The notes under the pieces: model-generated
Told to the model about the DNA's origin: nothing
What the model saw: the letters and a program-made list of their open reading frames with translations, nothing else
Databases searched by the model: none
Source: Tolypothrix carrinoi HA7290-LM1
GTDB lineage: Bacteria > Cyanobacteriota > Cyanobacteriia > Cyanobacteriales > Nostocaceae
Direction: 5' to 3'
DNA: 64,000 nt
Assembly: GCA_019358935.1 (NCBI GenBank)
Contig: JAHHIK010000004.1
Coordinates: 46,420-110,419, forward strand
Made by a program: the position numbers and the translations under genes
Shown here: positions 52,477 through 64,000 of the stretch, piece by piece
How the letters are laid out: the number at the start of each line of letters is the position of its first letter
Numbering within the stretch: the stretch's first letter is position 1

Positions 52477-54609
52477 ATGCCAAAACAAATTATAATCGCG
52501 GAACAGCATCAGATTGCTGCGGTATTTTCCGAAGATCAAATACAAGAACTCGTAGTAGCCACCGGTCATCACCAAATAGGTGATATCTATTTAGGAGTGG
52601 TAGAAAATGTATTACCTGGGATAGATGCGGCTTTTGTAAATATAGGAGACCCAGAGCGCAACGGCTTTATTCATGTAACAGATTTAGGACCATTAAAGCT
52701 GAAGCGTACCGCAGCGGCAATTACAGAACTACTGACACCGCAGCAAAAAGTGTTAGTGCAAGTAATGAAAGAGCCAACAGGTACTAAAGGACCGAGGCTG
52801 ACAGGTAATATCACCATGCCCGGACGGTATGTAGTGCTGATGCCTTATGGACGAGGCGTAAATTTATCCCGTCGGATTAAGAGTGAAAGCGAGCGCAATC
52901 GCTTGCGAGCGTTAGCGATTTTAATTAAACCTGCGGGAATGGGTTTGTTAGTTCGCACCGAAGCCGAAGGCAAGCCAGAAGAAGCGATTATCGAAGATTT
53001 AGAAGTGCTGCAAAAGCAGTGGGAAGCAATTCAACAAGAAGCTCAATCTACCCGCGCACCAGCACTGCTGAATCGAGACGATGATTTTATTCAGCGCGTA
53101 TTGCGAGATATGTATGGCGCGGATGTGAATCGGATTGTGGTAGATTCGAGTACTGGTTTGAAGCGAGTAAAGCAGTATTTGCAAAACTGGAGTGGTGGGC
53201 AGACACCACAAGGATTGTTGATTGACCATCATCGCGATCGCTCTGGAATATTAGAATACTTCCGGATTAATGCCGCAATTCGAGAAGCACTCAAACCAAG
53301 AGTAGATTTGCCTTCTGGAGGTTACATTATCATCGAGCCAACCGAAGCATTAACGGTGATAGATGTCAACTCAGGTTCATTTACGCGATCGGCAACAGCC
53401 AGAGAAACCGTTTTGTGGACGAACTGCGAAGCCGCAACCGAAATTGCCCGCCAGCTACGTCTGCGGAATGTTGCTGGGGTGATAGTCGTCGATTTTATTG
53501 ATATGGAATCGCGGCGCGATCAATTGCAAGTCTTAGAACATTTTAACAAAGCTCTCAAAGCAGACAAAGCTCGTCCTCAAATTGCTCAACTAACCGAACT
53601 AGGCTTAGTAGAACTTACCCGCAAACGTCAAGGGCAAAACATCTACGAATTGTTTGGTCAAACTTGTCCTACCTGTGGCGGTTTAGGGCATATAGTACAT
53701 CTGCCGGGAGAAACTGAAAACAGATTGCCAACACCAGCAGAATTACCAGACCGTTTTGTATCTATGCCGCATAGAGAATCGCGTTTGCCAGCAACCAGCA
53801 TAACAGAACGACGCGAAAGCTACGAGGGATTTAATGAAGGATTAGATGCTGACTCGGAATTCAATCCGATGAATCTAAATCATCCCAGCTATCAAGAGAT
53901 AGGAGATAACAAGCGTGCTGGTGGTGTTCGCAGGCGTCGTCGAATTAGTATAAATGGAGGCAACGGCAAAGAAGAGCCACGAGTTATTGCCAATCCGCTG
54001 TCTTTTGTCAACGACCCAGACTTAGAAATTGATGCCGAACCGGAACCACCAGGAACTCCAGAAATATCCTTACCCAGCATTAACAAAGCTCCTTGGACTG
54101 ATAGAACTGAGCGGATAAAAATTACTAAGGCAGAGCCAGTCAAACCAGTGGTAGAACCACCGGAAATTGTTTCTGTAGAAATGACACCTCAAGAGCAGGA
54201 TGTTTTCGCTTTAATGGGAATTTCTCCTTTGGTGCGCTTGAATCGGGAAGTCAAAAATCCCAAGTCTGTGATTATTAACGTCACTCCACCAGGACAAACT
54301 CCAACTACACCGCCTGAATTTACCTCAGAAGTAAGCACTCCGGAAAGAGCAAGTACTTCCGAATCAACTACTCCTGAAAGAGTAAATATTCCCGAAAGAG
54401 TAAATATTGGACTAACTCCAATTAAGAAGGTTGAGCCAAAAGTAGAACCACAACCAGAACCACAACCAGAACCACAACTGGAATTATTTACTGAGAATGT
54501 AACTCAACCATCGGGTTTTGCCGCGATTGTCGATGAAACTGAAGTTAACAGCCCCCCTGTTGACAAACGTCGTCGTCGCCGTCGGGGTTCTATGGATCTT
54601 GATGCGTAA
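52477..54609 (+). CDS. rne: Ribonuclease E
   Basis: S1 domain, KEPTGTKGPRLT, IDVNSG, DFIDM, CPTCGG; disordered C-terminus with Arg-rich end. Confidence 0.95.
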   Translation: MPKQIIIAEQHQIAAVFSEDQIQELVVATGHHQIGDIYLGVVENVLPGIDAAFVNIGDPERNGFIHVTDLGPLKLKRTAAAITELLTPQQKVLVQVMKEPTGTKGPRLTGNITMPGRYVVLMPYGRGVNLSRRIKSESERNRLRALAILIKPAGMGLLVRTEAEGKPEEAIIEDLEVLQKQWEAIQQEAQSTRAPALLNRDDDFIQRVLRDMYGADVNRIVVDSSTGLKRVKQYLQNWSGGQTPQGLLIDHHRDRSGILEYFRINAAIREALKPRVDLPSGGYIIIEPTEALTVIDVNSGSFTRSATARETVLWTNCEAATEIARQLRLRNVAGVIVVDFIDMESRRDQLQVLEHFNKALKADKARPQIAQLTELGLVELTRKRQGQNIYELFGQTCPTCGGLGHIVHLPGETENRLPTPAELPDRFVSMPHRESRLPATSITERRESYEGFNEGLDADSEFNPMNLNHPSYQEIGDNKRAGGVRRRRRISINGGNGKEEPRVIANPLSFVNDPDLEIDAEPEPPGTPEISLPSINKAPWTDRTERIKITKAEPVKPVVEPPEIVSVEMTPQEQDVFALMGISPLVRLNREVKNPKSVIINVTPPGQTPTTPPEFTSEVSTPERASTSESTTPERVNIPERVNIGLTPIKKVEPKVEPQPEPQPEPQLELFTENVTQPSGFAAIVDETEVNSPPVDKRRRRRRGSMDLDA

Positions 54610-54624
54610 AAGTTAAGTTTTGTA

Positions 54625-55296
54625 ATGGTACAGAAAAAGCAAGCTGTCGCTTCTCTAGGATTGCCAACATCTCCAGGAGAATCGATTTGGCTGGAATTGT
54701 CTGGCTATTCAGATATTCAACAAGGGTTGATTGCAGGTGTAGATGAAGTGGGACGGGGTGCGCTATTTGGTCCTGTAGTTGCGGCAGCAGTTATCCTACC
54801 AGAAAGCGCAATACCCGTTCTGATGGCGGCTAAAATTAAAGATAGTAAAAAGCTGTCTAGTTCTCGAAGAATTCAGTTAGCGCAGCAAATTTGTGCATTG
54901 GCGATTGACTGGAAAATCGGTTTTGCTTCAACTGCCGAAATTGACTCTATAAACATTTTGCAGGCAACGCTTTTAGCGATGAAGCGTTCCGTGCTGAAGT
55001 TGAAGGTACAGCCTGCACTTTGCTTAATTGATGGCAATCAGTTGGTGAAAGACTTATTAGTGCCGCAACAAACAATAGTCAAAGGTGACGAGCGATCGCT
55101 TACCATTGCCTCTGCTAGCATTGTTGCGAAAGTGTGGCGTGACGATTTGGTGATGCGTCTGGCATCAAAATACCCTATGTACGACCTAGAACGGAATAAG
55201 GGTTATGGCAGCCAGCGACATCTAACCGCGCTGCAACATTACGGTGCTTCCCCGCTGCATCGTCGCTCATTTCGTCCTTGCCAAATTCAGCTTTGA
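54625..55296 (+). CDS. rnhB: Ribonuclease HII
   Basis: AGVDEVGRGALFGPV, DSKKL, DGN, KGD, NKGYG, HRRSF. Confidence 0.96.
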   Translation: MVQKKQAVASLGLPTSPGESIWLELSGYSDIQQGLIAGVDEVGRGALFGPVVAAAVILPESAIPVLMAAKIKDSKKLSSSRRIQLAQQICALAIDWKIGFASTAEIDSINILQATLLAMKRSVLKLKVQPALCLIDGNQLVKDLLVPQQTIVKGDERSLTIASASIVAKVWRDDLVMRLASKYPMYDLERNKGYGSQRHLTALQHYGASPLHRRSFRPCQIQL

Positions 55297-55336
55297 GTAA
55301 AGAGTTAATTGTTGGTTGTTAGTTGACGGTTAACAG

Positions 55337-55472
55337 GAGCCAGTGCCGTGGTGAGGCAACGCGGTCTTGGGGAGACAGTGCGTTGGACGGGTTTCCCGGC
55401 TTGAAGCACCTGCCGTGGTCTCCCCCATGAGCGATTGCCGAAAGGGTTTCCCGACTTGAGGCATCTGGCGTT
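55337..55472 (-). repeat. Triply nested SDR-like element (reverse orientation)
   Basis: Inner 55372-55416 is the reverse complement of 27118-27162 except 1 base. Confidence 0.8.
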
Positions 55473-55500
55473 CAACAATTACTCTGCCAAAGTCTAAAAA

Positions 55501-56088
55501 TTACTCAGTACCAAGTATAGGTAATTTAGTACTGTTATCATCAACTTCTATTTCCTTAGTTTGTGATATTACCCAACGACGATAATCTGCCAATAATTGA
55601 TGTAACAATCTTTGCTTAACTGTCATCAAAACACTTTTTAGTAAACCATTGCCGGTAGCTTCTAAAATCGATGTTGGCATGAAGGAAAATGGCGGTGGTA
55701 ACTCAACCTGCACCTCTAAATCAGCTTTTCCTTTTAAGAGAGTGTCAGCCGATCGCTCGTGGGGAGACAAATACCCTTTTAAATTTAGAGCAAAACGTTG
55801 GTTAATATATTCAACACCAAGAATTTCACAACCCACCGATCGCAAACAAATAGTTCCATTTGATTCTGCCCAAACTCTCATGTCTACAGTCGGTTGAATA
55901 CTGAGTGTCATAAAAGTCAGCGGGCGCATTTTCAAGCGAAATACTTCTTCAGAAAGTTGCTGAATGCGAGTTGGGTCAACTAAAGCATTAACTAGGCGTT
56001 GCGGTTGACGCAAGTAATGCTGAATGGGAATCGGCTGCTCTGGAACAGCGATTTCAACCGATAAAGAGGCAGTAAACCTGGTAGCCAT
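55501..56088 (-). CDS. DUF1997 family protein
   Basis: IQHYLRQPQRLV..L, FRLKMRPL, LEATGNGLL, DY..W. Confidence 0.85.
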   Translation of the reverse strand: MATRFTASLSVEIAVPEQPIPIQHYLRQPQRLVNALVDPTRIQQLSEEVFRLKMRPLTFMTLSIQPTVDMRVWAESNGTICLRSVGCEILGVEYINQRFALNLKGYLSPHERSADTLLKGKADLEVQVELPPPFSFMPTSILEATGNGLLKSVLMTVKQRLLHQLLADYRRWVISQTKEIEVDDNSTKLPILGTE

Positions 56089-56342
56089 GAGCAAACGAGA
56101 TTGCGTATAGTAAAATAATTTTAAATTTTTTTGCCAATAAATAACTAATTACAAAGCTGTTTGATGAATTGTTTATCAGTTATACTTGAAGCTTTACGTG
56201 CGATCGCGCATTAGCTGCTGAATAAAAGTATATCCTTCAGTGTTGTCTTTGAACATCTAACCCCAGTTATAGTTATTGATTTTTTTGTCGGAAAATACTG
56301 AGCTTTATTCATACAAACAATTGAAATTTTATTTTCAACCAC

Positions 56343-56972
56343 CTACGAAGCCAAATCGAAAATTTGCTGTGCGGTCAAGTTGAATTGGGGGAAGGTCGGG
56401 GAAACAATTAAAGTGTTTCCTGTAAATAAAGTCATCTGATATTCTCCATCAACCAAGTTACAAACAAAAATTGTGGGTTGCTTGGGGTTGCCGATGAACT
56501 TTCTTGCCCCCAATGCTGCATAATCGATAATCCAATATTCCTCGATGCCCATTTCCTCATAATCTCGAAGTTTATCGTAGTAATCGTCACGCCAATTAGT
56601 TGAAACAACCTCGACGATTAATTTGACCGAATCAGGATTTTGGATAATCGATTCGCTTTCCCACCGGGGTTCTGTCCCAAGAACTTCTTTGTTCAAAACG
56701 ATGATATCCGGCTCATAACCTGATTTTTCCCGTTTGGGTTTGACGATCGATTCTCTGGGAATAGTCCAGATGCCGCCAGAGCCACTCTGCCTGATAATTA
56801 TCAATAATTGCTCGATAAGGGAACCTGTTAGATTTGAATGTTTTCCCTTTGGCTTGGGCATTTCGATAATTACTCCGTCGTGCAGTTCGTACCGGACTTT
56901 TGAATTTTCGGGATACCAACTTATAAATTCATCGAAGCTGTATAGTTTGGGTTCGACTTGGGCTTGAGTCAT
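56343..56972 (-). CDS. Uma2-family putative restriction endonuclease
   Basis: YELHDG, EPDI, IVEVVSTNWRDDY..K..DYE..GI.EYWI.D. Confidence 0.92.
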   Translation of the reverse strand: MTQAQVEPKLYSFDEFISWYPENSKVRYELHDGVIIEMPKPKGKHSNLTGSLIEQLLIIIRQSGSGGIWTIPRESIVKPKREKSGYEPDIIVLNKEVLGTEPRWESESIIQNPDSVKLIVEVVSTNWRDDYYDKLRDYEEMGIEEYWIIDYAALGARKFIGNPKQPTIFVCNLVDGEYQMTLFTGNTLIVSPTFPQFNLTAQQIFDLAS

Positions 56973-57071
56973 AAGTCATTTTTGGATTATTTTCAGCTTT
57001 TTGTGATTCGATAGTTTCAGCCGCTCTTGTTATCTGTTATGAATATAAACGGTAATTAAAGGCTAAAGACG

Positions 57072-57944
57072 ATGAATCAATCGATTGCACATTTAGGACC
57101 TCCTGGCACTTACGCAGAACAAGCGGCTGTTTTTTATCTCAACTGGCTTTTGAAAAACAAGGGAATTGAAGCTAACTTGTGTCCCTATCCCAGCATTGCC
57201 CAGTCACTCCAAGCTGTTGCTCAAAGTAATGCACAGTTGGCTGTTGTGCCTGTAGAAAATTCTATTGAAGGAAGCGTGACAATGACGCTGGATTGGCTAT
57301 GGCAACTGGAAACTTTGCGAATTCAAATGGCGTTGGTAATGCCGATCGCTCATGCGTTAATTTCCGGCGCTAGTAGCTTAGATAACATTAAAACAGTTTA
57401 TTCTCACCCGCAAGCTTTAGCGCAATGTCAGCGATGGTTGGAAAAATATCTGCCTCGCGTGCAGTTGATTCCCACTAATTCTACAACCGAGCCGCTACAA
57501 AACTTAGAACACGACAAAACAGCAGCAGTAATTTCTTCTAGTAGAGCGGCGCAATTGTACAACTTGCCGATACTAGCTAGGGGAATTAACGACTACCCAG
57601 AAAACTGTACTCGCTTTTTGGTGGTCAGTCAAACTGAAGTAGACACAGCTTACCGAATCGCTTCAGCAAGTGCTAGTCATACGTCTCTAGCTTTCAGTAT
57701 GCCTGCAAATACACCGGGTTCTTTGGTTAAACCGTTACAAATATTTGCCGAACTTAATATTAACCTTAGCAAAATTCAGTCTCGCCCCACAAAGCGATCG
57801 CTCGGAGAATACTTGTTTTTTATTGATTTAGAAGCAGATTCCACCGAGCCAAAAATGCAATCTGCTTTGGCTGAATTAAGCACTCACGCAGAAGTATTAA
57901 AAATTTTTGGTAGTTACAATGTTCTACCAGCCAACGCCCTATAA
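57072..57944 (+). CDS. pheA: Prephenate dehydratase
   Basis: LGPPGTYAE, VPVENSIEGSV, SHPQALAQC, NCTRF, ACT domain (QSRP). Confidence 0.95.
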   Translation: MNQSIAHLGPPGTYAEQAAVFYLNWLLKNKGIEANLCPYPSIAQSLQAVAQSNAQLAVVPVENSIEGSVTMTLDWLWQLETLRIQMALVMPIAHALISGASSLDNIKTVYSHPQALAQCQRWLEKYLPRVQLIPTNSTTEPLQNLEHDKTAAVISSSRAAQLYNLPILARGINDYPENCTRFLVVSQTEVDTAYRIASASASHTSLAFSMPANTPGSLVKPLQIFAELNINLSKIQSRPTKRSLGEYLFFIDLEADSTEPKMQSALAELSTHAEVLKIFGSYNVLPANAL

Positions 57945-58007
57945 GTTAACAGTCTAAAGTCTAAAGTCTAAAGATACTTTAACTGAAGACTTGTAACTAT
58001 TAACTAA

Positions 58008-58655
58008 TTATTTATCATTAAAGGTGTCTTTGAGAACAGTGCGAGCCGCAAGATGATTGCGAGTAGAAGTCAAAATTTCTGCTTCGCGTTCTAAGCGAGC
58101 TGCGGTGTCTTGCATTTCTAACAATAACTGTTGCTCTGAGGCTACACCATAAAGGTTACTCGCTACCCAGTAAGATAATTCTATTGGCAAATCTGGCAAA
58201 TCTTCTGGAAGTTCGATGTTTTGTTCGGTCAACTTAGATGATAGACGCACAACATCTCGCAGCAGTTGTTCTACATCTGTTGCTAAAGGTCGTAAATCCT
58301 TGCTTGGTGGTTGGTCTTCAATCCACTCAACTAAACCAACACGATATGGCTTTTCTCTGACATATTCTAAGACGCGAAATCTTTGCTGTCCCAAAGTCAA
58401 CATCTTCATGCGGTCATCTGGTAGGCGTTGGTAATGAATAATCTCCGCACAACAGCCAACGTTTGCGATCGCGCCTTTTGCTTGATCGTACATCAAAACA
58501 CCAAACCTGCGATCGCTCTCCAGAATCGTGTTCATCATGATTCTGTAGCGAAATTCAAAGATATGCAGGGGTAATGGTCTGGTGGGAAATAGAACTACTT
58601 CGGGTAACGGGAACAGAGGTAGTTCGCGAACCGCAATTTTAGAAGAAGATGCCAT
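58008..58655 (-). CDS. LON peptidase N-terminal (substrate-binding) domain protein
   Basis: LPLFPL..VLFP...LPLHIFE.RYR.M. Confidence 0.92.
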   Translation of the reverse strand: MASSSKIAVRELPLFPLPEVVLFPTRPLPLHIFEFRYRIMMNTILESDRRFGVLMYDQAKGAIANVGCCAEIIHYQRLPDDRMKMLTLGQQRFRVLEYVREKPYRVGLVEWIEDQPPSKDLRPLATDVEQLLRDVVRLSSKLTEQNIELPEDLPDLPIELSYWVASNLYGVASEQQLLLEMQDTAARLEREAEILTSTRNHLAARTVLKDTFNDK

Positions 58656-58748
58656 TGTTGCCTTGGTATAAATTTAATCTTTAAAAGATATTATTTTTTG
58701 CTTTTCCCGTTTATTGCTTACATTCTATCATTTGTTTTCTGGCTAAAT

Positions 58749-58780
58749 AAAAAGCCCTGAGACATATTTATTCAGGGCTA
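58749..58780 (-). terminator. Intrinsic terminator of the str operon after rpsJ
   Basis: gccctga...tcagggc stem with T tract on the minus strand. Confidence 0.6.
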
Positions 58781-58804
58781 TGTAAATATTCATACTAAGG
58801 GATG

Positions 58805-58932
58805 TTGGTTGTTAATTGTTGGTTGTTGGTTGTTGGTTGTTAGTTGTTGGTTGACGATTGATGGTCAACAGTCATTGACTAACCACTATCCACCAACCAC
58901 TATCCACCAACCACTATCCACCAACCACTAAC
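58805..58932. repeat. STRR arrays (TTGTTGG)n and 14-mer AACCACTATCCACC
   Basis: Direct tandem repeats. Confidence 0.85.
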
Positions 58933-58935
58933 TAT

Positions 58936-59253
58936 TTACAATTTGACTTCAATATCCACACCAGATGGCAAATCAAGTTTCATCAAAGCATCAATAGTTT
59001 TAGAAGAAGGCTGATAAATGTCAATAATGCGGCGATGGGTGCGAGTTTCAAAGTGTTCCCGTGAGTCTTTATCGACGTGAGGCGATCGCAACACGCAATA
59101 TATCCTGCGTTTTGTTGGTAAAGGAATCGGTCCTATGGCTGTAGCGTTAGTCCGGTTAGCTGTGTCTACAATCTTCTCGCAAGATGTATCCAGTAAGCGG
59201 CGGTCAAAAGCCTGTAAGCGAATTCTAATTTTCTGCTGTTGTAGAGTTGCCAT
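58936..59253 (-). CDS. rpsJ: 30S ribosomal protein S10
   Basis: [28 protein letters not shown]. Confidence 0.99.
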   Translation of the reverse strand: MATLQQQKIRIRLQAFDRRLLDTSCEKIVDTANRTNATAIGPIPLPTKRRIYCVLRSPHVDKDSREHFETRTHRRIIDIYQPSSKTIDALMKLDLPSGVDIEVKL

Positions 59254-59468
59254 CTTTAATTGTCCAGGTTCTGATTAATTAGGGGACTGGGGACTAGGGA
59301 CTGAGGAATGGGTAATGGGTAATGGGTAATTGGGCTTTTCTCAAGAGTGAAATTCCTAATTCCTAGTCCCTAATCCCTAGTCCCCAGTCCCTAAATTTGA
59401 GGTCAGAGAAAGGAGCAGAGAGGCATTATACCATCTCTGCTCCATATTTTGATTAAATTACAGAAGTG

Positions 59469-60698
59469 TTACTTCAGGATTTTGGATACAACACCCGCAC
59501 CGATGGTGCGACCACCTTCACGAATAGCGAAGCGCATACCTTGTTCAATAGCGATCGGGTTGATTAATTCCACACTCATTTTAATCCGGTCTCCGGGCAT
59601 CACCATTTCTGCCTCGCTACCATCATCGGAAGTGAATGCTGTAATCGTGCCGGTTACGTCTGTTGTCCGCACATAGAATTGAGGACGATAGCCAGAGAAA
59701 AATGGAGTCTTGCGACCACCTTCTTTTTCTGTCAGCACGTAGACTTCACCTTCAAATTGGGTGTGGGGAGTAATCGAACCGGGTTTTGCTAGCACCATAC
59801 CGCGTTCAATATCAGTCTTCTGAATACCGCGCAATAGTACACCGGCGTTATCCCCAGCCATACCTTCATCGAGACTCTTCTTAAACATCTCAATTCCGGT
59901 TACGGTTGTGTTGCGAGTATCTCTGATACCCACTAGTTCGACGTTATCGCCGACTTTGACTTTACCACGTTCAATCCGACCTGTGGCAACAGTACCGCGA
60001 CCTGTGATGGAGAATACGTCTTCAATCGCCATCAAGAAAGGCTTATCGACATCTCGCTCCGGAGTGGGGATAAACGAATCTACAGAGTCCATCAACTCAT
60101 AGATTTTATCTACCCACTCATTTTCACCGCGTTGGGTTTTAGGATTCTTGGTCATAGCTTCCAGAGCTTGCAGACCAGAACCTTTAATGATGGGGATGTC
60201 GTCACCAGGGAAATCGTAGCTGGTAAGCAATTCTCTCAGTTCTAGTTCTACTAGTTCCAACAGTTCTGGGTCATCCATCAAGTCTTCTTTGTTCAAGAAG
60301 ACAACCAAGCTGGGTACACCCACCTGCTTTGCTAACAAAATGTGTTCGCGAGTTTGGGGCATCGGACCATCAGTAGCAGCTACTACGAGGATGCCTCCAT
60401 CCATCTGTGCCGCACCGGTGATCATGTTCTTCACATAGTCAGCGTGTCCGGGACAGTCTACGTGGGCATAGTGACGATTTTCGGTTTCGTACTCAACGTG
60501 AGCGGTATTAATTGTAATACCCCGTGCCTTTTCTTCGGGTGCGTTATCGATTTGATCGTAACCCTTAGCTACGGCTTGACCCATAGCTGCTAAGGTCATG
60601 GTGATAGCTGCCGTTAACGTAGTTTTACCGTGGTCAACGTGTCCAACAGTACCGATATTTATGTGGGGTTTATTCCTTTCAAACTTTGCGCGTGCCAT
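59469..60698 (-). CDS. tuf: Elongation factor Tu
   Basis: [30 protein letters not shown]. Confidence 0.99.
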   Translation of the reverse strand: MARAKFERNKPHINIGTVGHVDHGKTTLTAAITMTLAAMGQAVAKGYDQIDNAPEEKARGITINTAHVEYETENRHYAHVDCPGHADYVKNMITGAAQMDGGILVVAATDGPMPQTREHILLAKQVGVPSLVVFLNKEDLMDDPELLELVELELRELLTSYDFPGDDIPIIKGSGLQALEAMTKNPKTQRGENEWVDKIYELMDSVDSFIPTPERDVDKPFLMAIEDVFSITGRGTVATGRIERGKVKVGDNVELVGIRDTRNTTVTGIEMFKKSLDEGMAGDNAGVLLRGIQKTDIERGMVLAKPGSITPHTQFEGEVYVLTEKEGGRKTPFFSGYRPQFYVRTTDVTGTITAFTSDDGSEAEMVMPGDRIKMSVELINPIAIEQGMRFAIREGGRTIGAGVVSKILK

Positions 60699-60721
60699 TA
60701 ATCCTCGTTTCCTTTATCTAA

Positions 60722-62800
60722 TTAAGCGTTCCCTTTGCTTTTAGCAATGATTGCCTCAGCCACGTTGCGAGGCACTTCTTCGTAACGGCTAAACTCCATT
60801 GAGAAGATGCCCCGACCTTGGGTTTTAGACCGGATATCAGTAGCGTAGCCAAACATTTCTGCTAATGGTACTTTAGCAGTTACTTTGGCAATTCCCTGCT
60901 CAGATCCCATCCCCTCAATTTGCCCGCGACGGGAATTGAGGTCGCCCATAACATCTCCAAGGTAGTTTTCGGGAACTTCTACCTCAACTTTCATCATAGG
61001 CTCTAACAGGACGGGTGAAGCTTTCATCACAGCCTCTTTCATCGCCATTGAGCCAGCGATTTTGAAAGCCATTTCCGACGAGTCTACATCGTGGTAAGAA
61101 CCATCAACCAATGTTGCTTTGACATCAATTAATGGATATCCAGCGAGAACACCGCTTTCACAGCTTTCTTTCATTCCCTGTTCGGCAGGTCCGATGTACT
61201 CTTTCGGTACGATACCACCAACAATCTTGGAGACAAATTCAAAGCCAGTTCCTGGTTCTCCGGGTTCCAAGTTGATCACAACGTGACCGTATTGACCTTT
61301 ACCACCACTCTGACGGATAAATTTGCCTTCTATTTTGTTGACGCCTTTACGGATGGTTTCGCGGTAAGCTACTTGCGGCGCACCGACATTCGCTTCCACC
61401 TTAAATTCTCGCAACATGCGGTCTACAAGAATTTCTAGGTGTAACTCTCCCATCCCTGCAATCACGGTTTGGTTGGTTTCCGGATCGACGTTGACGCGGA
61501 AGGTTGGATCTTCTTCTGAAAGTGATTGCAACGCTTTGGACAACTTGTCCATGTCGTTCTTGGTTTTGGGTTCAACCGCTACCGAGATGACAGGCTCAGG
61601 AATAAACAAAGATTCCAGAATTACTGGTGCGCCGTCATCTGTGATGGTGTCACCGGTCAAGGTGTCTTTCAATCCCAACGCGGCTCCCAAATCACCTGCA
61701 CGCAGTTCTTCGACATCTTGCCGCTCATCTGCTTTCAAAACCACCAGACGGGAAATCCGCTCTTTTTTATTCTTGGTGGCGTTGAGGATGTAGCTACCCT
61801 TCTTGAGAACCCCAGAATAAACACGGACAAACGTGAGGCGACCGTAAGGGTCAGCCATAATCTTGAATGCCAGAGCCGATAGAGGTTCGTTGTCATCAGC
61901 GCGACGCTCAACGGTATCACCATTCAGCAGCGTGCCTTGAATTGGCGGTACTTCAGTTGGTGCTGGCAGGTAATCTACAACTGCATCCAACATCAATTGC
62001 ACGCCTTTGTTTTTGAAGGCTGATCCGCATAATACCGGGACAATCGTACCTGCAATTGTGCCTTTACGCAGGGCAGTACTGATTTCATCTGTTGTTAGTT
62101 CTTCGCCCTCGAAGTACTTAGTCATCAGATCGTCATCGGTTTCGGACACTGCTTCTACTAACTTGACGCGGTATTCTTCCGCTTTTTCTTGCATGTCGGC
62201 GGGGATATCCGTTTGTTGGATATCTGTTCCCTGGTCATTGTTGTACATATATGCACGCATCTGCACTAAATCAACAATGCCTTTGAAGTCGTTTTCGGCA
62301 CCGATGGGCAGCTGAATGGCGATCGCATTTGCCCGCAGGCGATCGCGCATCTGATCGTGAACTCGATAAAAGTTCGCGCCTGTGCGATCCATTTTGTTAA
62401 TAAAGGCGATCCGAGGCACTCTGTAGCGGTCTGCTTGCCGCCACACTGTCTCTGACTGCGGTTGCACGCCGCCCACTGAACAAAATACTGCTATTACACC
62501 ATCCAACACCCGCATCGAACGTTCTACTTCAATTGTGAAGTCTACGTGACCCGGTGTATCGATAATGTTAATTTGATGATCTTTCCAGCTGGTTGTAATC
62601 GCAGCGGCAGTGATGGTAATTCCCCGCTCACGCTCTTGTTCCATCCAGTCTGTTACGGCTGTTCCCTCGTGGACTTCACCGATTTTGTGAATAATGCCAG
62701 AGTAAAATAATATTCTCTCTGTTGTTGTTGTCTTGCCCGCATCTATATGCGCCGCAATCCCAATGTTGCGTACTCTCTCTAATGGGATCGTACGTGCCAC
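60722..62800 (-). CDS. fusA: Elongation factor G
   Basis: [28 protein letters not shown]. Confidence 0.99.
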   Translation of the reverse strand: MARTIPLERVRNIGIAAHIDAGKTTTTERILFYSGIIHKIGEVHEGTAVTDWMEQERERGITITAAAITTSWKDHQINIIDTPGHVDFTIEVERSMRVLDGVIAVFCSVGGVQPQSETVWRQADRYRVPRIAFINKMDRTGANFYRVHDQMRDRLRANAIAIQLPIGAENDFKGIVDLVQMRAYMYNNDQGTDIQQTDIPADMQEKAEEYRVKLVEAVSETDDDLMTKYFEGEELTTDEISTALRKGTIAGTIVPVLCGSAFKNKGVQLMLDAVVDYLPAPTEVPPIQGTLLNGDTVERRADDNEPLSALAFKIMADPYGRLTFVRVYSGVLKKGSYILNATKNKKERISRLVVLKADERQDVEELRAGDLGAALGLKDTLTGDTITDDGAPVILESLFIPEPVISVAVEPKTKNDMDKLSKALQSLSEEDPTFRVNVDPETNQTVIAGMGELHLEILVDRMLREFKVEANVGAPQVAYRETIRKGVNKIEGKFIRQSGGKGQYGHVVINLEPGEPGTGFEFVSKIVGGIVPKEYIGPAEQGMKESCESGVLAGYPLIDVKATLVDGSYHDVDSSEMAFKIAGSMAMKEAVMKASPVLLEPMMKVEVEVPENYLGDVMGDLNSRRGQIEGMGSEQGIAKVTAKVPLAEMFGYATDIRSKTQGRGIFSMEFSRYEEVPRNVAEAIIAKSKGNA

Positions 62801-62982
62801 AGCTGCCTCCTAAGTTTTCGCCTCATGATATCTTGTATATTACACTTTGTTAAGTTTGTATACTTTTACGGAAAACCGCCTTTTTTTATAGAAATCCACG
62901 ATATACCGCTTTTTTACTAGCGATATATCGGTTCTCTACGTAGTTTAGGCATCCTGTTATGTAATACAGGTCAGAATGCCTT

Positions 62983-63453
62983 TTAGTAACGATAGTGAGC
63001 AAAAGCTTTGTTAGCCTCAGCCATCCGGTGCGTTTCTTCGCGCTTGCGAATAGCGTTTCCGGTTTCGTTGGCAGCATCCATTAATTCATTTGCCAGTCTG
63101 CTTGCCATTGTGCGTCCGGGTCTAGCCCTTGAAAACTGTACCAACCAGCGCAATGCTAAGGTGGTACCCCGGTCGTTACGTACTTCCATCGGTACTTGGT
63201 AGGTTGCTCCACCAACCCGACGCGCTTTTACTTCTACTAAAGGCGTTGCATTTCGCACTGCTCTTTCAAAGGTTTCTAAGGCATTCGCTCCAGTGCGTTC
63301 CTCAATTGTTTTTAAAGCATCATAAACAATCCGTGCGGCAAGTGATTTCTTGCCATGACGCATTATCCGCCTAATTATCATGCTAACAAGACGACTGTTA
63401 TACACTGAGTCAGACGGAACTGGGCGCTTTTTAATAACACCACGACGAGACAT
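62983..63453 (-). CDS. rpsG: 30S ribosomal protein S7
   Basis: [29 protein letters not shown]. Confidence 0.99.
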   Translation of the reverse strand: MSRRGVIKKRPVPSDSVYNSRLVSMIIRRIMRHGKKSLAARIVYDALKTIEERTGANALETFERAVRNATPLVEVKARRVGGATYQVPMEVRNDRGTTLALRWLVQFSRARPGRTMASRLANELMDAANETGNAIRKREETHRMAEANKAFAHYRY

Positions 63454-63851
63454 ACTTTACCCTTACTTCGGATTTGCGAACCAGATTATATGCGTTACAT
63501 GCGATCGCTGCGACGCTCTCTCAACTTAACTTGTTGCCCAAAACTTGACACAACAAGGCGACAATATTATATACCTTAATATCAAACAAAATTAAAATGC
63601 TGCTGTCGCTCTTCAGCATTCTAAAAAATCCTGCACGCACCGGGTGTAGGTGGAAGCTTTACCAATTTAACTTGATTTCACCTAAACTAGCTACCATCTC
63701 TGATGGCTGCCGTTTCTGAGCAAGCCTCCGGCAAACAAGCATACCCTTGGGGAAGCTGCTTTACGTCTACACTAACGTTAACCGTTTTTTGGCGCTATAC
63801 ACAAAGGTGAAGCAATTAATCGCATTAAATAGCGATTAATTAACTATCATT

Positions 63852-64000
63852 CTATTTTTTCGCTTCTTTCGGGCGTTTAGTCCCGTATTTGGAACGACCT
63901 TGCTTGCGGTCTTTGACTCCGGCTGTATCTAAGGTGCCACGAATAATGTGGTATCTCACGCCTGGTAAGTCCTTGACCCGACCGCCACGAATCATCACAA
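63852..64000 (-). CDS. rpsL: 30S ribosomal protein S12 (3' part; truncated by window edge)
   Basis: [46 protein letters not shown]. Confidence 0.97.

Noticed and set aside
59449..63374. Antisense ORFs across tuf/fusA/rpsG (also over atpD, amylase, WD40)
   Set aside because: Typical shadow ORFs from codon bias of strongly supported genes

Overview
Chromosomal window from a filamentous, probably heterocystous (Nostocales-like) cyanobacterium. The assignment rests on abundant HIP1 GCGATCGC, heptameric STRR arrays and cyanobacterial marker genes (ycf65/PSRP-3, separate atpD-atpC operon, rne-rnhB, rpsL-rpsG-fusA-tuf-rpsJ). Most genes are housekeeping: menC, menE, a DHNA-CoA thioesterase, hisF, ruvB, tRNA-Ala(GGC), atpDC, tldD-pmbA, clpS, a radical SAM fusion, rne, rnhB, pheA and the str operon. 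Accessory highlights: (1) a Shango-like defence trio (TM/coiled-coil/TerB_C protein, DUF2791/BrxD-like ATPase, Lhr-like helicase) split by an opposite-strand TPR gene and followed by a truncated ATPase stub; (2) an orphan APH-kinase + HopA1-like pair resembling class V lanthipeptide LanK/LanY, with no visible precursor; (3) a TnpB 3'-end/right-end remnant carrying a 138-bp in-frame, triply nested insertion; (4) many small mobile repeats that nest inside each other, sit in-frame in enzymes (menC, menE, radical SAM, helicase, thioesterase) and flank a duplicated gene end; (5) a probable pseudokinase-WD40 protein; (6) a near-perfect CRP box. No CRISPR array, rRNA or intact transposase was seen. 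All family calls come from motif recognition, not database searches.
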